Positions 32,905-41,651 of a stretch of DNA of 64,000 bases are shown one piece after another. The stretch is from Verrucomicrobiota bacterium (lineage in GTDB: Bacteria > Verrucomicrobiota > Verrucomicrobiia > Limisphaerales > UBA9464). Position numbers and translations under genes: made by a program. The notes beneath the pieces are model-generated. The model did not search any database. It saw only the letters and a program-made list of their open reading frames with translations, and had not been told where the DNA came from. Where the stretch lies: contig VHCX01000003.1 in the NCBI GenBank assembly GCA_016871615.1, positions 30,189-94,188 of the forward strand. Direction: 5' to 3'. The first letter of the stretch is position 1, and the number at the start of each line of letters is the position of its first letter.

Positions 32905-34119
32905 CTATTCGTACCGGAGGGCGTCGATGGGGTCGAGATTGGCCGCCTTGAGCGCCGGGAAGAATCCGAAGACGATGCCGATGAAGGCACTGACCGTGAA
33001 CGCCAGGATGACCGAGGCCTCCGAGATCAGCGTCGGGAACTGGAAGAGCTGGGTGAGCAGCGGTGCCAGCCAGTAGCCCACGGCGATGCCCAACCCGCCC
33101 CCAAGCACGCTCAGGAGCACCGCCTCGGACAGGAACTGCAGGAGCACGTCGCGCCCCCGGGCCCCGACCGCGAGCCGGATGCCGATCTCGCGGGTCCGCT
33201 CAGTGACGCTCACCAGCATGATGTTCATGATGCCGATGCCCCCCACCACCAGCGAGATGCCGGCGAAGAAGCCGATCAAGACGGTCATGATCCGGTTGTT
33301 GGCGTTGAAGAAATCACTGGTCTCCTGCTGGTTGCGCACCATGAAATCGTCGTCCTTGCCGTCGCTGATCTTGTGGCGCCGGCGCAGGAGCTCGGTGATC
33401 TGCTCCTGCACGGGGGCGATGGCGTCGGGAGAATCGGCCTGGACGAAGACGGAGCGGAACTTGGTGTCGCCCGAGAGGCGCTTCATCACGCTGGTGTAGG
33501 GCACCAGCAGGATGTCGTCCTGATCCTGGCCGAAACTCCCCGACCCCTTGGCCTCCAGCCAGCCCACGATGGTGAACGGCGCGTTCTTGATCCGCACGGC
33601 CTGCCCCACCGGATCGACGCCCTCGCCAAAGAGGGTCTTGGCGGTGGTGGCGCCGATGAGGCAGATCTTGGAGGCGTTGCGCACGTCGGCGGCCGTGAAG
33701 TTCTCACCGCTTCTGAGTGGCCAGGAACGGGCCGTCACGTACTCGTCGGACACCCCCGACACCTGAACGAAGCTGTTCTGGTTGCCGGCAGCCACCTGGG
33801 CCGAGGTTCGGGCCTCCGGGCTCACGGCCGTGACCTGGGACACCTCGCGGCGGATGGCGTCGAAGTCCTCGACCGACAGGTTCGGCGCCATGCCAAAACC
33901 GCCACGGACGCCGCCACGGGTCATGTTGCCCGACATGACCGTCAGGAGGTTCTGCCCCATCCCGGCGATGCGCTTGTCGACCTCGGCCTTGGCCCCGGTG
34001 CCCATGCTGACGCCCACGATCACGGCGGCGATGCCGACGATGATGCCCAGCATGGTGAGGAAGGACCGGAGCACGTTGCGCCGGATGGCCATCAGGGCGA
34101 TGCGAAGGGTGGCGAACAT
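32905..34119 (-). CDS. ABC transporter permease, MacB/FtsX type
   Basis: From ATG 34119: [34 protein letters not shown], a periplasmic MacB-type domain, the C-terminal FtsX four-TM core, and a terminal [17 protein letters not shown]. Confidence 0.9.
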   Translation of the reverse strand: MFATLRIALMAIRRNVLRSFLTMLGIIVGIAAVIVGVSMGTGAKAEVDKRIAGMGQNLLTVMSGNMTRGGVRGGFGMAPNLSVEDFDAIRREVSQVTAVSPEARTSAQVAAGNQNSFVQVSGVSDEYVTARSWPLRSGENFTAADVRNASKICLIGATTAKTLFGEGVDPVGQAVRIKNAPFTIVGWLEAKGSGSFGQDQDDILLVPYTSVMKRLSGDTKFRSVFVQADSPDAIAPVQEQITELLRRRHKISDGKDDDFMVRNQQETSDFFNANNRIMTVLIGFFAGISLVVGGIGIMNIMLVSVTERTREIGIRLAVGARGRDVLLQFLSEAVLLSVLGGGLGIAVGYWLAPLLTQLFQFPTLISEASVILAFTVSAFIGIVFGFFPALKAANLDPIDALRYE

Positions 34120-34123
34120 GGAT

Positions 34124-34885
34124 TCAAGCGGTGAGTTGCACGGCCTGCTGCTCGGCCTCGAGCTTGCGGAGTTCCTCGACGGCATCGAGGCGCTGGGACA
34201 CCGGCGTGTCGCTGCGCACCAGCCCGTCGCGCATCACCACGATGCGTTTGCAGTACTGCGCGATGTCCAGCTCATGGGTGACCATGACCAGGGTCATGCC
34301 CTGGTCGTTGAGCTTCTGGAAGATGCCCATGATCTCGATGCTGGTCCGGGTGTCGAGGTTGCCCGTCGGCTCGTCGGCGAGAAGCAGGGTGGGACGGTTG
34401 ACCAAGGCCCGGGCGATGGCCACCCGCTGCTGCTGGCCGCCCGAAAGACGGCTGGGCGTGTGATCCATGCGCTGACCGAGGCCCACCAGTTCGAGGGCCG
34501 CCGCCGCCCGCTGGTTCTGCTCGGAGATAGCAATCTTCGGGCGCGCGTAGAGCATCGGGAGCTGGACGTTCTCGAGGGCCGTCGTGCGGGCCAGCAGGTT
34601 GAAGCCCTGGAAGACGAAGCCGAGCTTCCGGTTGCGCAGGTCGGCCAGCTCGTTGCGGCTGAGCGACCCGATGTCCACGCCGTCGATGAGACACTTGCCA
34701 CTGCTGGGACGGTCGAGGCAGCCGACGGTGTTCATCAGCGTGCTCTTGCCGGACCCGGAGGATCCCATGATGGCCACGAACTCGCCGGCCTCGACGGTGA
34801 GGTTGACACCCCGGACGGCGCGAACCTCGATCTCGCCGGTCCGGTAGGTCTTCTGGAAGTCCTGGAGCTGGATGACCGCGGGCAT
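34124..34885 (-). CDS. ABC transporter ATP-binding protein (MacB/LolD family)
   Basis: From ATG 34885: Walker [10 protein letters not shown], signature [15 protein letters not shown], Walker [14 protein letters not shown]-loop VTHE. Confidence 0.92.
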   Translation of the reverse strand: MPAVIQLQDFQKTYRTGEIEVRAVRGVNLTVEAGEFVAIMGSSGSGKSTLMNTVGCLDRPSSGKCLIDGVDIGSLSRNELADLRNRKLGFVFQGFNLLARTTALENVQLPMLYARPKIAISEQNQRAAAALELVGLGQRMDHTPSRLSGGQQQRVAIARALVNRPTLLLADEPTGNLDTRTSIEIMGIFQKLNDQGMTLVMVTHELDIAQYCKRIVVMRDGLVRSDTPVSQRLDAVEELRKLEAEQQAVQLTA

Positions 34886-34926
34886 GGGAGTCTGGGTTGG
34901 GTGGGCTTGGGGTCTGCCGAGCCTGT

Positions 34927-36432
34927 TCAACGACGGGGCCCACCGAAGGGCCCGCCGAAGGGGTTGCCCGCCGGTGCGGCGGCCGTCGTCGCGGAGGCCT
35001 TGAGGGAGGTCACGATGACCTGGCCCGGTTCGAGACCCTCGAGGACCTCCGCGCCCGCGGCATCGGTCATGCCCACCTTGACGGTGACGGCCTGCAGAAC
35101 CGGAGGGGCCTCCGGGGTGGCCGGATCGGCCGACTGCACCGCATACACCGTCTTCAGGGTGGGACCCTCGGCCTGCCGTGGGCGGGGCGCCCCTCCTCCC
35201 ATGCCGCCACCCCCGCCCATGCCTCCGCCGCCCATGCCTCCGCCGCCCACGCCTCCGCCCCCGCCCATGCCACCGCCACCGGCCGCCATCATGGCGCGCA
35301 TGCGCTCACGCATGGCCTGGTACTGGGCCTTCTGCTCGGGTGTCAGCGTCTCCTCGTACTTCTTGCGTTCGTCCTCGGTGGGTCGACGGCCCTCGGCGGT
35401 CCACGGCGGTGTGGGCAGGCCCTCCATGCCCGGCGGCCGCGAAGGCCGGACGATGTCGTTGGTGGACACCGTGTTGGTGGCCGGCAGCACGGTGACGCCA
35501 ACCGGCGGCGTGAAGCGGGTCGCCGAGGCCGGGATTCGCACGACGTTGGTCTTCTCCATCGTGATGAGCGTGGCCGTGGCCGTCATGCCCGGACGCAGGC
35601 GCAGGTCCTTGTTGTTGACCGCCACGACGGTGGTGTAGGTCACCACGTTCTGGTTGGTGGTCGGGGCGAAACGCACCTGACGGACACGGCCCTCGAACTT
35701 CCGGCTCGGGAAGGCATCCACCGTGAACTCGACGCGCTGCTGCTCCTGCACGTTGCCGATGTCGGCCTCGCTCACGGCCAACTCGATCTGCATCTGCGAG
35801 AGGTCCTGGGCGATGAGGAACAGTGTGGGGGTGTTGAAGCTCGCGGCCACGGTCTGGCCGGCGTCGACGCTGCGGGTGACCACCACGCCGCTGATGGGTG
35901 CGAAGATGGTCGTGCGATCCAGGTCGACTTGCGCGCTCTCGACCGCCGCCTCGCGGGTCTTCACGCCCGCCTGGGCCTGCAGCAGCGCCACGTCGGCCTG
36001 CTGGAATTCGGTCTCGGAAATGAGCTTGGCCGCGTACAGCTCCTTGGCCCGCTTGGCGTTGAACTCGGCCAGCGCCAAGCCGGCGGTGGCATTGGCCAGG
36101 TCGGCCTTCGACCGGGCCAGCGCCCGCTCGTAGGTGGCCGGATCGATCCGCGCCAGGACATCGCCCTCCTTCACGGTCGAATTGAAGTCGACCTTCATCT
36201 CGGTGATCGTGCCCGAGATCTGGGAACCCACCTGCACCTGGCGGATCGGAGCGATGCCGCCGTTGGCGCTCACGCTCTGCACCATGTTGGTGCGGACGGC
36301 CGCCTCGGTCTTGAACTCGACGGGGGCAGGCTTCTTGAACCGGTCACAACCCAGGCAGAGCAGCAGCGCCGGCAGCCAAGCCAGAAGAACGGTGCGGGTC
36401 GAACGGAGGGTTCGGCGGGAAGTCGGATTCAT
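34927..36432 (-). CDS. Efflux periplasmic adaptor (MacA/HlyD-family) lipoprotein with a Gly/Met-rich insertion
   Basis: From ATG 36432: lipobox LLLCLGC, a lipoyl/hairpin region (VGSQISGTITEMKV..GDVLARID...TIFAPISGVV) and a beta-barrel (FEGRVRQVRFAPT..VVTYTTVV). About 110 extra residues include MAAGGGGMGGGGGVGGGGMGGGGMGGGGGMGGG. Confidence 0.88.
   Translation of the reverse strand: MNPTSRRTLRSTRTVLLAWLPALLLCLGCDRFKKPAPVEFKTEAAVRTNMVQSVSANGGIAPIRQVQVGSQISGTITEMKVDFNSTVKEGDVLARIDPATYERALARSKADLANATAGLALAEFNAKRAKELYAAKLISETEFQQADVALLQAQAGVKTREAAVESAQVDLDRTTIFAPISGVVVTRSVDAGQTVAASFNTPTLFLIAQDLSQMQIELAVSEADIGNVQEQQRVEFTVDAFPSRKFEGRVRQVRFAPTTNQNVVTYTTVVAVNNKDLRLRPGMTATATLITMEKTNVVRIPASATRFTPPVGVTVLPATNTVSTNDIVRPSRPPGMEGLPTPPWTAEGRRPTEDERKKYEETLTPEQKAQYQAMRERMRAMMAAGGGGMGGGGGVGGGGMGGGGMGGGGGMGGGAPRPRQAEGPTLKTVYAVQSADPATPEAPPVLQAVTVKVGMTDAAGAEVLEGLEPGQVIVTSLKASATTAAAPAGNPFGGPFGGPRR
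35192..35290. repeat. GC-rich imperfect tandem repeat (CATGCC[GTA]CC[GA]CC[GA]CC-like units) encoding the Gly/Met run
   Basis: Read directly on the plus strand: ...cccatgccgccacccccgcccatgcctccgccgcccatgcctccgccgcccacgcctccgcccccgcccatgccaccgccacc... Confidence 0.8.
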
Positions 36433-36605
36433 GGGCGGTTCGACGGCGGTCGGATCAACGCAGGACGTCGGTCCAACGCAGTGCCTTTCCATGGGCCATT
36501 GGGTTAATTGACCCTTCCACCGCCCGACCGGTTACGCAATTCCGACGGGCACCTGGGACGGCGGCGGGGCGGTCCCATCGTCCCCCCCGCCGCCGGTCCC
36601 ACCTT

Positions 36606-37967
36606 TCAGAACGTCTTGACGCTCAGGTTGCGGAACGCCACCGGGTCGTTGTGCCCCGCGAAGCCGAAATGGCCCTTGGAGCGTTCCTTGCCCGGATGCG
36701 GACTGTTGGCCATGTAGCGGGTGATCTTCGAGAGGTCGGCATCCAGGATGACGAAGCCGTTGAGCTCGGTGCGGATGCGGCTGCCCTGCACGTGGGTCTC
36801 CTGGAAATTCCACTCGCCGTTCGGGCGCTGATAGCCTTGGTGGGCCGCGGCCATGCCGTAGGCGCCGCCGTAGGCCTGACGCGGGTCGAGCTTCGAGCCG
36901 GTCTTGGCCTCGTAGTCCTCGGCGAGCACCTGCAGCTCGGTCATGGCCACGTAGGCGGCGTCGCCCGAACCCGGATAGCGGATGGCGAAGCCGTTGTTGC
37001 CGGCGCTGGGCACCTGCACCTCGGCCCGGAACGCGAAGTCGGCGTACTCGGCCTGGGTGAAGAGCACGCCCCCCTTGCCCTTCTTGCAGCGGATGGCCCC
37101 GTCGACGACCTCGTAATCATTCACCGCGCCCTTCCATCCAGTGAGGTCCTTGCCGTTGAAGATCGGCTGGAAACCGGCCTTGCCGTGGCTGGCGAGGATC
37201 TGGTTGGCCTCGGTGCTGCCGATCTCGCGGATGAACACGTTCTTCCAGCGGATCTCGCCGCCATGGGTCTGCAGCTGGATCGGGCCGCGGGCCGGGATGG
37301 GCTTCTTGCGGTCGTAGAAATTTTCCATGACCGCGTGCTGCACCACCGACTTGCCGTTGAGCCAGACGCTCACACGCGAACCGACCATGACGATGCGGAA
37401 GGAGTTCCACTGGCCAAGGGGCTTGTCGGCCAGAACGAGCGGATCCTTGCCCGGGGCGCCCGGGGAGTTGTTCCAGAGGCCGCCCGAGCCCTTGTCGGCG
37501 CCCAGGTTGAACTTGGCCTTCTCGGTGGAGTCCCAGATCTGCACCTGCGGCACGCCGCGCAGGTAGATGCCGGAGTCGGCCAAGGGCACGGTCTTGTACT
37601 CCAGGAGCAGCTCGAAGTCGCCGTAGTCCTTCTCGGTCGTGGCGTAGGCGCCGTTGCCGCCATTCACCAGCTCGCCATTCTCGACATACCAGTTGGGCTT
37701 GCCCGTCTTGGAATCGACCTCCGTCATCGTCTTCGTCCACTTGGCGATCTGGGCCGCGCGATCGGCCTCGGGCATGGCCAGAAGCTTGCGATGGTCGAAG
37801 GTGTCGCCGCCGCGGAACCCGGCGAGGTCACGCCCGTTGAAGAGCTGCGAGAACCCCTGCGGCGGCTGGTTCAGGGCCTGGAGGCTGGAGCAGCCCCACA
37901 GGCCGACCATGGCGGCGGCGGTGGTAGCGGAGGCGACGAATTGGCGACGGTTCAACGATGGATTCAT
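36606..37967 (-). CDS. Secreted protein with two DUF1080 (3-keto-disaccharide hydrolase-like) domains
   Basis: From ATG 37967: Tat-like signal MNPSLNRRQFVASATTAAAMVG. There are two copies of the pattern F(N)G(R/K)DL(A/T)G(F/W)...W.V..G.L...DFE/DFAF...NSGI/NNGF...FRNI, and the protein ends in AFRNLSVKTF. Confidence 0.85.
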   Translation of the reverse strand: MNPSLNRRQFVASATTAAAMVGLWGCSSLQALNQPPQGFSQLFNGRDLAGFRGGDTFDHRKLLAMPEADRAAQIAKWTKTMTEVDSKTGKPNWYVENGELVNGGNGAYATTEKDYGDFELLLEYKTVPLADSGIYLRGVPQVQIWDSTEKAKFNLGADKGSGGLWNNSPGAPGKDPLVLADKPLGQWNSFRIVMVGSRVSVWLNGKSVVQHAVMENFYDRKKPIPARGPIQLQTHGGEIRWKNVFIREIGSTEANQILASHGKAGFQPIFNGKDLTGWKGAVNDYEVVDGAIRCKKGKGGVLFTQAEYADFAFRAEVQVPSAGNNGFAIRYPGSGDAAYVAMTELQVLAEDYEAKTGSKLDPRQAYGGAYGMAAAHQGYQRPNGEWNFQETHVQGSRIRTELNGFVILDADLSKITRYMANSPHPGKERSKGHFGFAGHNDPVAFRNLSVKTF

Positions 37968-38132
37968 GAGGAAGCTGCCCGTCGTGGTAATCCGGTTCGC
38001 CATCGGGGTCAACCGCGAGGCCGGCACGGACGCGGCAAATCGTGCGTGACCCGGAGGTGTGCCCGAGGTGTCGGCGCCGGCGTGGGTTTCATTTGCCCAC
38101 CCCTCGGGTTTGGACTCAACCTTGGGCAGCGG

Positions 38133-38954
38133 ATGTCACGACACGGAACCAAGATCGGCCCCTACACCCTCCACGAGGAGATCAATGCGGGGGGAATGTC
38201 CGAGATCTGGCTCGGCACCGACGCGTCCGGCACGGCGGTGGCGATCCGCCTGATGCTCAACAACTCGGCCTTCGCCTTCACCGAACGGAAGCGTTTCCTG
38301 ACCGGCTGCGAGACCCTGAGCGCCTGCCAGGACCAGAACCACATCATCGGTTACATCGAGCACGGAAAGATCGGCGGCGAGCTGGCGGTGGTGCTCGAGT
38401 ACGTCGAGGGGGAGAACCTCAAGCTGCGCATGGCCACCGGCGACCCGGTGCTGGGCGAGAACATCGCCCAGGTGCTCATCGACTTCGCCGAGGCCCTGGA
38501 GGTCGTGCACGACCGGGGGTACATGCACCTCGACGTGAAGCCGGAGAACGTGCTGCTCACGCGCAACGGACGGCTCAAGCTCATCGACTTCGACCTCGCC
38601 CGCCCGATCCCGAACCCGCCCCGCAAGCTGGACAAGAACCCGGGCACGCCCCACTACATGTCGCCGGAGCAGCTGGCCCGCGAACCGGTGGACCAACGGG
38701 CCGACATCTGGGCCTTCGGGGTCAGCGCCTACGAACTGCTGACCTTCCGAAAGCCCTTCCCGGGCGAGTCGGCCGACGTCGTCTTCCGCGCCCAGCGCGA
38801 GCGGTCCGACTTCATCCCGCCGCGCCGGATCAATCCGGACATCCCACCGGCTCTGGAAAAGATCGTGCTGCGCTGCCTCGAGCAGGATCCCGCACTGCGA
38901 TACCCCTCGATGTCGGTGCTGACGCACGAGCTGCGCAAGGCCCTCTACCTCTGA
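38133..38954 (+). CDS. Stand-alone Ser/Thr protein-kinase-fold protein with atypical catalytic motifs
   Basis: From ATG 38133: kinase subdomains in order. Gly-loop-like INAGGMSEIW, beta3 VAIRLM (Arg where VAIK Lys is expected), catalytic loop YMHLDVKPENVLL, DFD in place of DFG (LIDFDLAR), GTPHYMSPEQ and DIWAFGV. Confidence 0.8.
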   Translation: MSRHGTKIGPYTLHEEINAGGMSEIWLGTDASGTAVAIRLMLNNSAFAFTERKRFLTGCETLSACQDQNHIIGYIEHGKIGGELAVVLEYVEGENLKLRMATGDPVLGENIAQVLIDFAEALEVVHDRGYMHLDVKPENVLLTRNGRLKLIDFDLARPIPNPPRKLDKNPGTPHYMSPEQLAREPVDQRADIWAFGVSAYELLTFRKPFPGESADVVFRAQRERSDFIPPRRINPDIPPALEKIVLRCLEQDPALRYPSMSVLTHELRKALYL

Positions 38955-39026
38955 GTTCCTCCCGGGGTTCCGAGGTTCCCGGGATGGCCTCGCCGCTGGA
39001 CCCCGGGCCTCTGGCCACGCGGCTGT

Positions 39027-39386
39027 TCAGCGCACCGACTTCGCCGCCGAGATCAGCTCCCAAAACTTGGGATTGCCCTCCAACTGTTCATCCTCCCCGG
39101 TCGGCAGGCTGGAGCGGTAGAGGAAATCCTTGAGGGTGTTCCGGCTGAGGATGCGATGCACCACGACGCCGAGCGGATGCCGCTCGAAGTAGACGCGGTA
39201 GTCACCAAGCCGGTAGCGCGTCAAGGTGCGGCCCTGCCGTGACAGGCTGCCGAAGGCCCCCTCATCCCGCATCAGCTCCGAAGGGAGCCCCCGGAACTGC
39301 CCCAACACCTGCAACTGCAGGTCCTTGGGCAACTTGGACAACTCGGCCGCACTTGTCGGGTTGAAAATGATCTGGAAGGGCTGCAT
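39027..39386 (-). CDS. RelE/ParE-superfamily toxin-like protein with a C-terminal extension; no adjacent antitoxin ORF
   Basis: FQIIFNPTSAAELSKLPKDLQLQVLGQFRGL...LTRYRLGDYRVYFERHPLGVVVHRILSRN matches the RelE/ParE pattern (Y/FxIxF...L..L...YR.R.GDYRV.Y......V.V..I..R). About 35 additional C-terminal residues follow. Confidence 0.55.
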   Translation of the reverse strand: MQPFQIIFNPTSAAELSKLPKDLQLQVLGQFRGLPSELMRDEGAFGSLSRQGRTLTRYRLGDYRVYFERHPLGVVVHRILSRNTLKDFLYRSSLPTGEDEQLEGNPKFWELISAAKSVR

Positions 39387-39531
39387 CCTGTTAGGAACAT
39401 TGCCTCAGGCATCGGTGCTGTCGAGCGCCTGCGATGGACCGACGCCGTGACCGCGCAATCAAGGGTGGCCTCGCCGCGGGGCGATTCGTTGACGGCGGGA
39501 GACCGGGTGAACCCATCGTTTACATCGGTTA

Positions 39532-39888
39532 GTGTCAATCGTGAGGACCGACCCCATTTTGTGTGGCTTGTGCACCGCCGGATTTCTCCTGTTGCCGGGC
39601 GTGTTGCTCACGCTGCGATGGACCCGGCCGCGGTGGATGCCGAGGTGGGCCATGGCCGTGATCGTGCCCACGTTCGGGTGGGCCTTGGCTTTCGGCGCAG
39701 CGGTCACCGCAGACCGCGCTGTCGACCAATCCGGGGCTCCCGAAGTCTTCGCGCTCATGTTCGGCTGGGTCTACGCCATCGCCTGGTTCCTGCCGCACCT
39801 GGCCCTCTACCGCGCCATCCGCTGGGGTCTCCGGACCTTCCGGCCGGCGACACCGATCGCCAAGCCGCCAAGTTCGAAACCGGATTGA
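39532..39888 (+). CDS. Hypothetical small membrane protein
   Basis: 118-aa ORF (GTG start; exact start uncertain) with about 3 hydrophobic helices (ILCGLCTAGFLLLPGVLLTL, AMAVIVPTFGWALAFGAAV, ALMFGWVYAIAWFLPHLALY). No recognisable family. Confidence 0.5.
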   Translation: MSIVRTDPILCGLCTAGFLLLPGVLLTLRWTRPRWMPRWAMAVIVPTFGWALAFGAAVTADRAVDQSGAPEVFALMFGWVYAIAWFLPHLALYRAIRWGLRTFRPATPIAKPPSSKPD

Positions 39889-39897
39889 ACACAAACC

Positions 39898-40302
39898 ATG
39901 GCTTCGTTGCCCATGATGGACCAGATGCTGGTTGAAGCCCATGGCATGAAAAGGCCCCGTCTCCGGTTCCTCGCCGCCATGGCGCCCGGCCTGTCCATGC
40001 TCGGGCTCTTCTATTCCCTGGTCCTGCACATGCGGTGGCAACTCGGCCGGTTCCCGGAATCCATCGGCAACCACGGGTTCCCCGCATCCCTGAGCCGGCA
40101 CGGAGACTGGACCTGGACCTACGTCACCGTCCTGAGCCATGCCAGCCTGTTCATCGTCCCCGCTCTCATCCTCGTGACCCTCGCTGTCCAGCGATGGCGG
40201 CGCTGGGCCCTTTTGCCCGTGGTCCATGGGCTCACCCTGTTGGCCGTCTGGGGGCTCATGCTGCTCGCCCCGAACGCCTTCCTCCACTGGTGGTGGGATT
40301 GA
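39898..40302 (+). CDS. Hypothetical membrane protein
   Basis: 134-aa ORF with an ATG 10 nt after the previous stop. Hydrophobic helices are FLAAMAPGLSMLGLFYSLVL, YVTVLSHASLFIVPALILVTLAV and LLPVVHGLTLLAVWGLMLLA. No recognisable family. Confidence 0.55.
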   Translation: MASLPMMDQMLVEAHGMKRPRLRFLAAMAPGLSMLGLFYSLVLHMRWQLGRFPESIGNHGFPASLSRHGDWTWTYVTVLSHASLFIVPALILVTLAVQRWRRWALLPVVHGLTLLAVWGLMLLAPNAFLHWWWD

Positions 40303-40331
40303 CCCGGCCCTGGAACCCAAATTCCCAGACC

Positions 40332-40682
40332 ATGAGACCGATCCCCCGCCTTGCCGTCCCGCTGCTGGCCGCCGTCCTGTGCGGCTGCCACCCGGAGCCC
40401 CGGATCACGGTGAAGAACCTCTCGCCCCATTCGCTGAGCAATCTGGTGGTCTCGGGCGCGGGATTCTCGGAGCGCCTGAGCGTGCTTGAGCCGGGCGCGG
40501 CGCATCGGTGGAGCGTCCGGCCCAACGGGGATTCGGGCCTGGGTCTGCGCTTCGATGCCGACCGCCGGACGGTGGACTCCGGGAAACAGGGCTACTTTGA
40601 ACCCGCCAGCCATTACCGGGTCGAAGCCATCGTCCACCCGGACCTCACGGTTTCAGTGACGGCCGAGCCAAAATGGTTCTGA
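40332..40682 (+). CDS. Hypothetical lipoprotein
   Basis: From ATG 40332: MRPIPRLAVPLLAAVLCGC is a lipobox (L-x-x-C) signal, followed by a beta-rich roughly 95-aa domain. No recognisable family. Confidence 0.6.
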   Translation: MRPIPRLAVPLLAAVLCGCHPEPRITVKNLSPHSLSNLVVSGAGFSERLSVLEPGAAHRWSVRPNGDSGLGLRFDADRRTVDSGKQGYFEPASHYRVEAIVHPDLTVSVTAEPKWF

Positions 40683-40749
40683 GATCCTCTCCCCGCGCCG
40701 TTCATTCGAAGGCAACGGCCCGAGATGGTGTCGTGCCGACCCGGGAGCC

Positions 40750-41496
40750 TCACCACCAGGTGAAGTTGGGGTCCGGCGCAGGTCCGGTGTAGTTCCACTG
40801 GGAGGCCTCCTTGGGGAAGCGGAAGAAATCCGTGTGCCCATCACCCCAGAGCACGTTGAAGCGGTACTGGCCCTTCACGTTGTGCCACTGGCTGGCGATG
40901 TCGTTCTTGTCGCGGTCGGCCCACCACGGCCAGTCCCCCTGGATGAGCTTGTTGGACGGTCCGAGGGCGATCTCGCTGGACTTGATGGGCCGCCCCTGAG
41001 GGCTGTTGGGATTCGCGGAGTCACCGGTCACATGCTTCACCCGCAAGGTCTCCACCGACCAGACGGTGAGGTAGCTGTTGCCCCAGGCTTCGTAGCAGGA
41101 GCGGATGCCCTTCGGGAAGGTGCTCTTCCAGAGGGAGTCGCCCTTGTCGGCCGGACAGCGGAAGGCTGCGAACGCCGGCACGTACACGTTGAGCGGCCGG
41201 TTGGTGTGCCCGACCAGGCCGCCATGCAGTTCCATCACGCCCTTCTTGCCGCCCAAGGTGCCCCAGTTGTTGTAGACCGGGTAGTTGTCGCGGTTGTCGT
41301 CGGCGTACAGGTGCATGCCCAGGCCCAGTTGCCGGTGGTTGTTGTTGCAGCTGATGGTCAGCGACTTGCTTTTGGCCCGCGAGAGGGCCGGCAGGAGCAT
41401 GCCGGCCAGGATGGCGATGATGGCGATCACCACCAGCAACTCGATCAGCGTGAAGCCGGCGGCGGGGCGGCGGCGGGAGACGGGAAGGACATCCAT
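40750..41496 (-). CDS. Prepilin-type N-terminal cleavage/methylation domain protein (paralog of 20077-20796)
   Basis: From ATG 41496: [38 protein letters not shown]. Segments shared with the paralog are NRPLN.Y.PAF..FRCP.DKGD, IQGDW.W and [15 protein letters not shown], with a terminal WW. Confidence 0.85.
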   Translation of the reverse strand: MDVLPVSRRRPAAGFTLIELLVVIAIIAILAGMLLPALSRAKSKSLTISCNNNHRQLGLGMHLYADDNRDNYPVYNNWGTLGGKKGVMELHGGLVGHTNRPLNVYVPAFAAFRCPADKGDSLWKSTFPKGIRSCYEAWGNSYLTVWSVETLRVKHVTGDSANPNSPQGRPIKSSEIALGPSNKLIQGDWPWWADRDKNDIASQWHNVKGQYRFNVLWGDGHTDFFRFPKEASQWNYTGPAPDPNFTWW

Positions 41497-41651
41497 GGGC
41501 GCGCGGGGTCGTACCCAATCGGATGCAACGGCCGGGGGCCCGTCAATGGGCGACTTGCAGTCCGGCTGGGGCGACAAAAGCCGGCGAAGGTGCATCTTCC
41601 TGCTTTCCAAGCGGGGCGGCGGACAGAACCGTTGCCCCTTTCTTGGACGGC

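Noticed and set aside
39272-39538. 88-aa minus-strand ORF considered as a possible antitoxin for the RelE-like gene
   Set aside because: It overlaps the toxin ORF by about 115 nt in another frame. It is Ser/Arg/Cys/Pro-rich with no antitoxin-like DNA-binding motif.
41510-41519. GTACCCAAT shared between the upstream regions of the two pseudopilin paralogs (21016-21024 and about 41510-41518)
   Set aside because: It is only a 9-mer, and it lies at very different distances from the two start codons (about 220 nt versus about 15 nt). That is consistent with chance.
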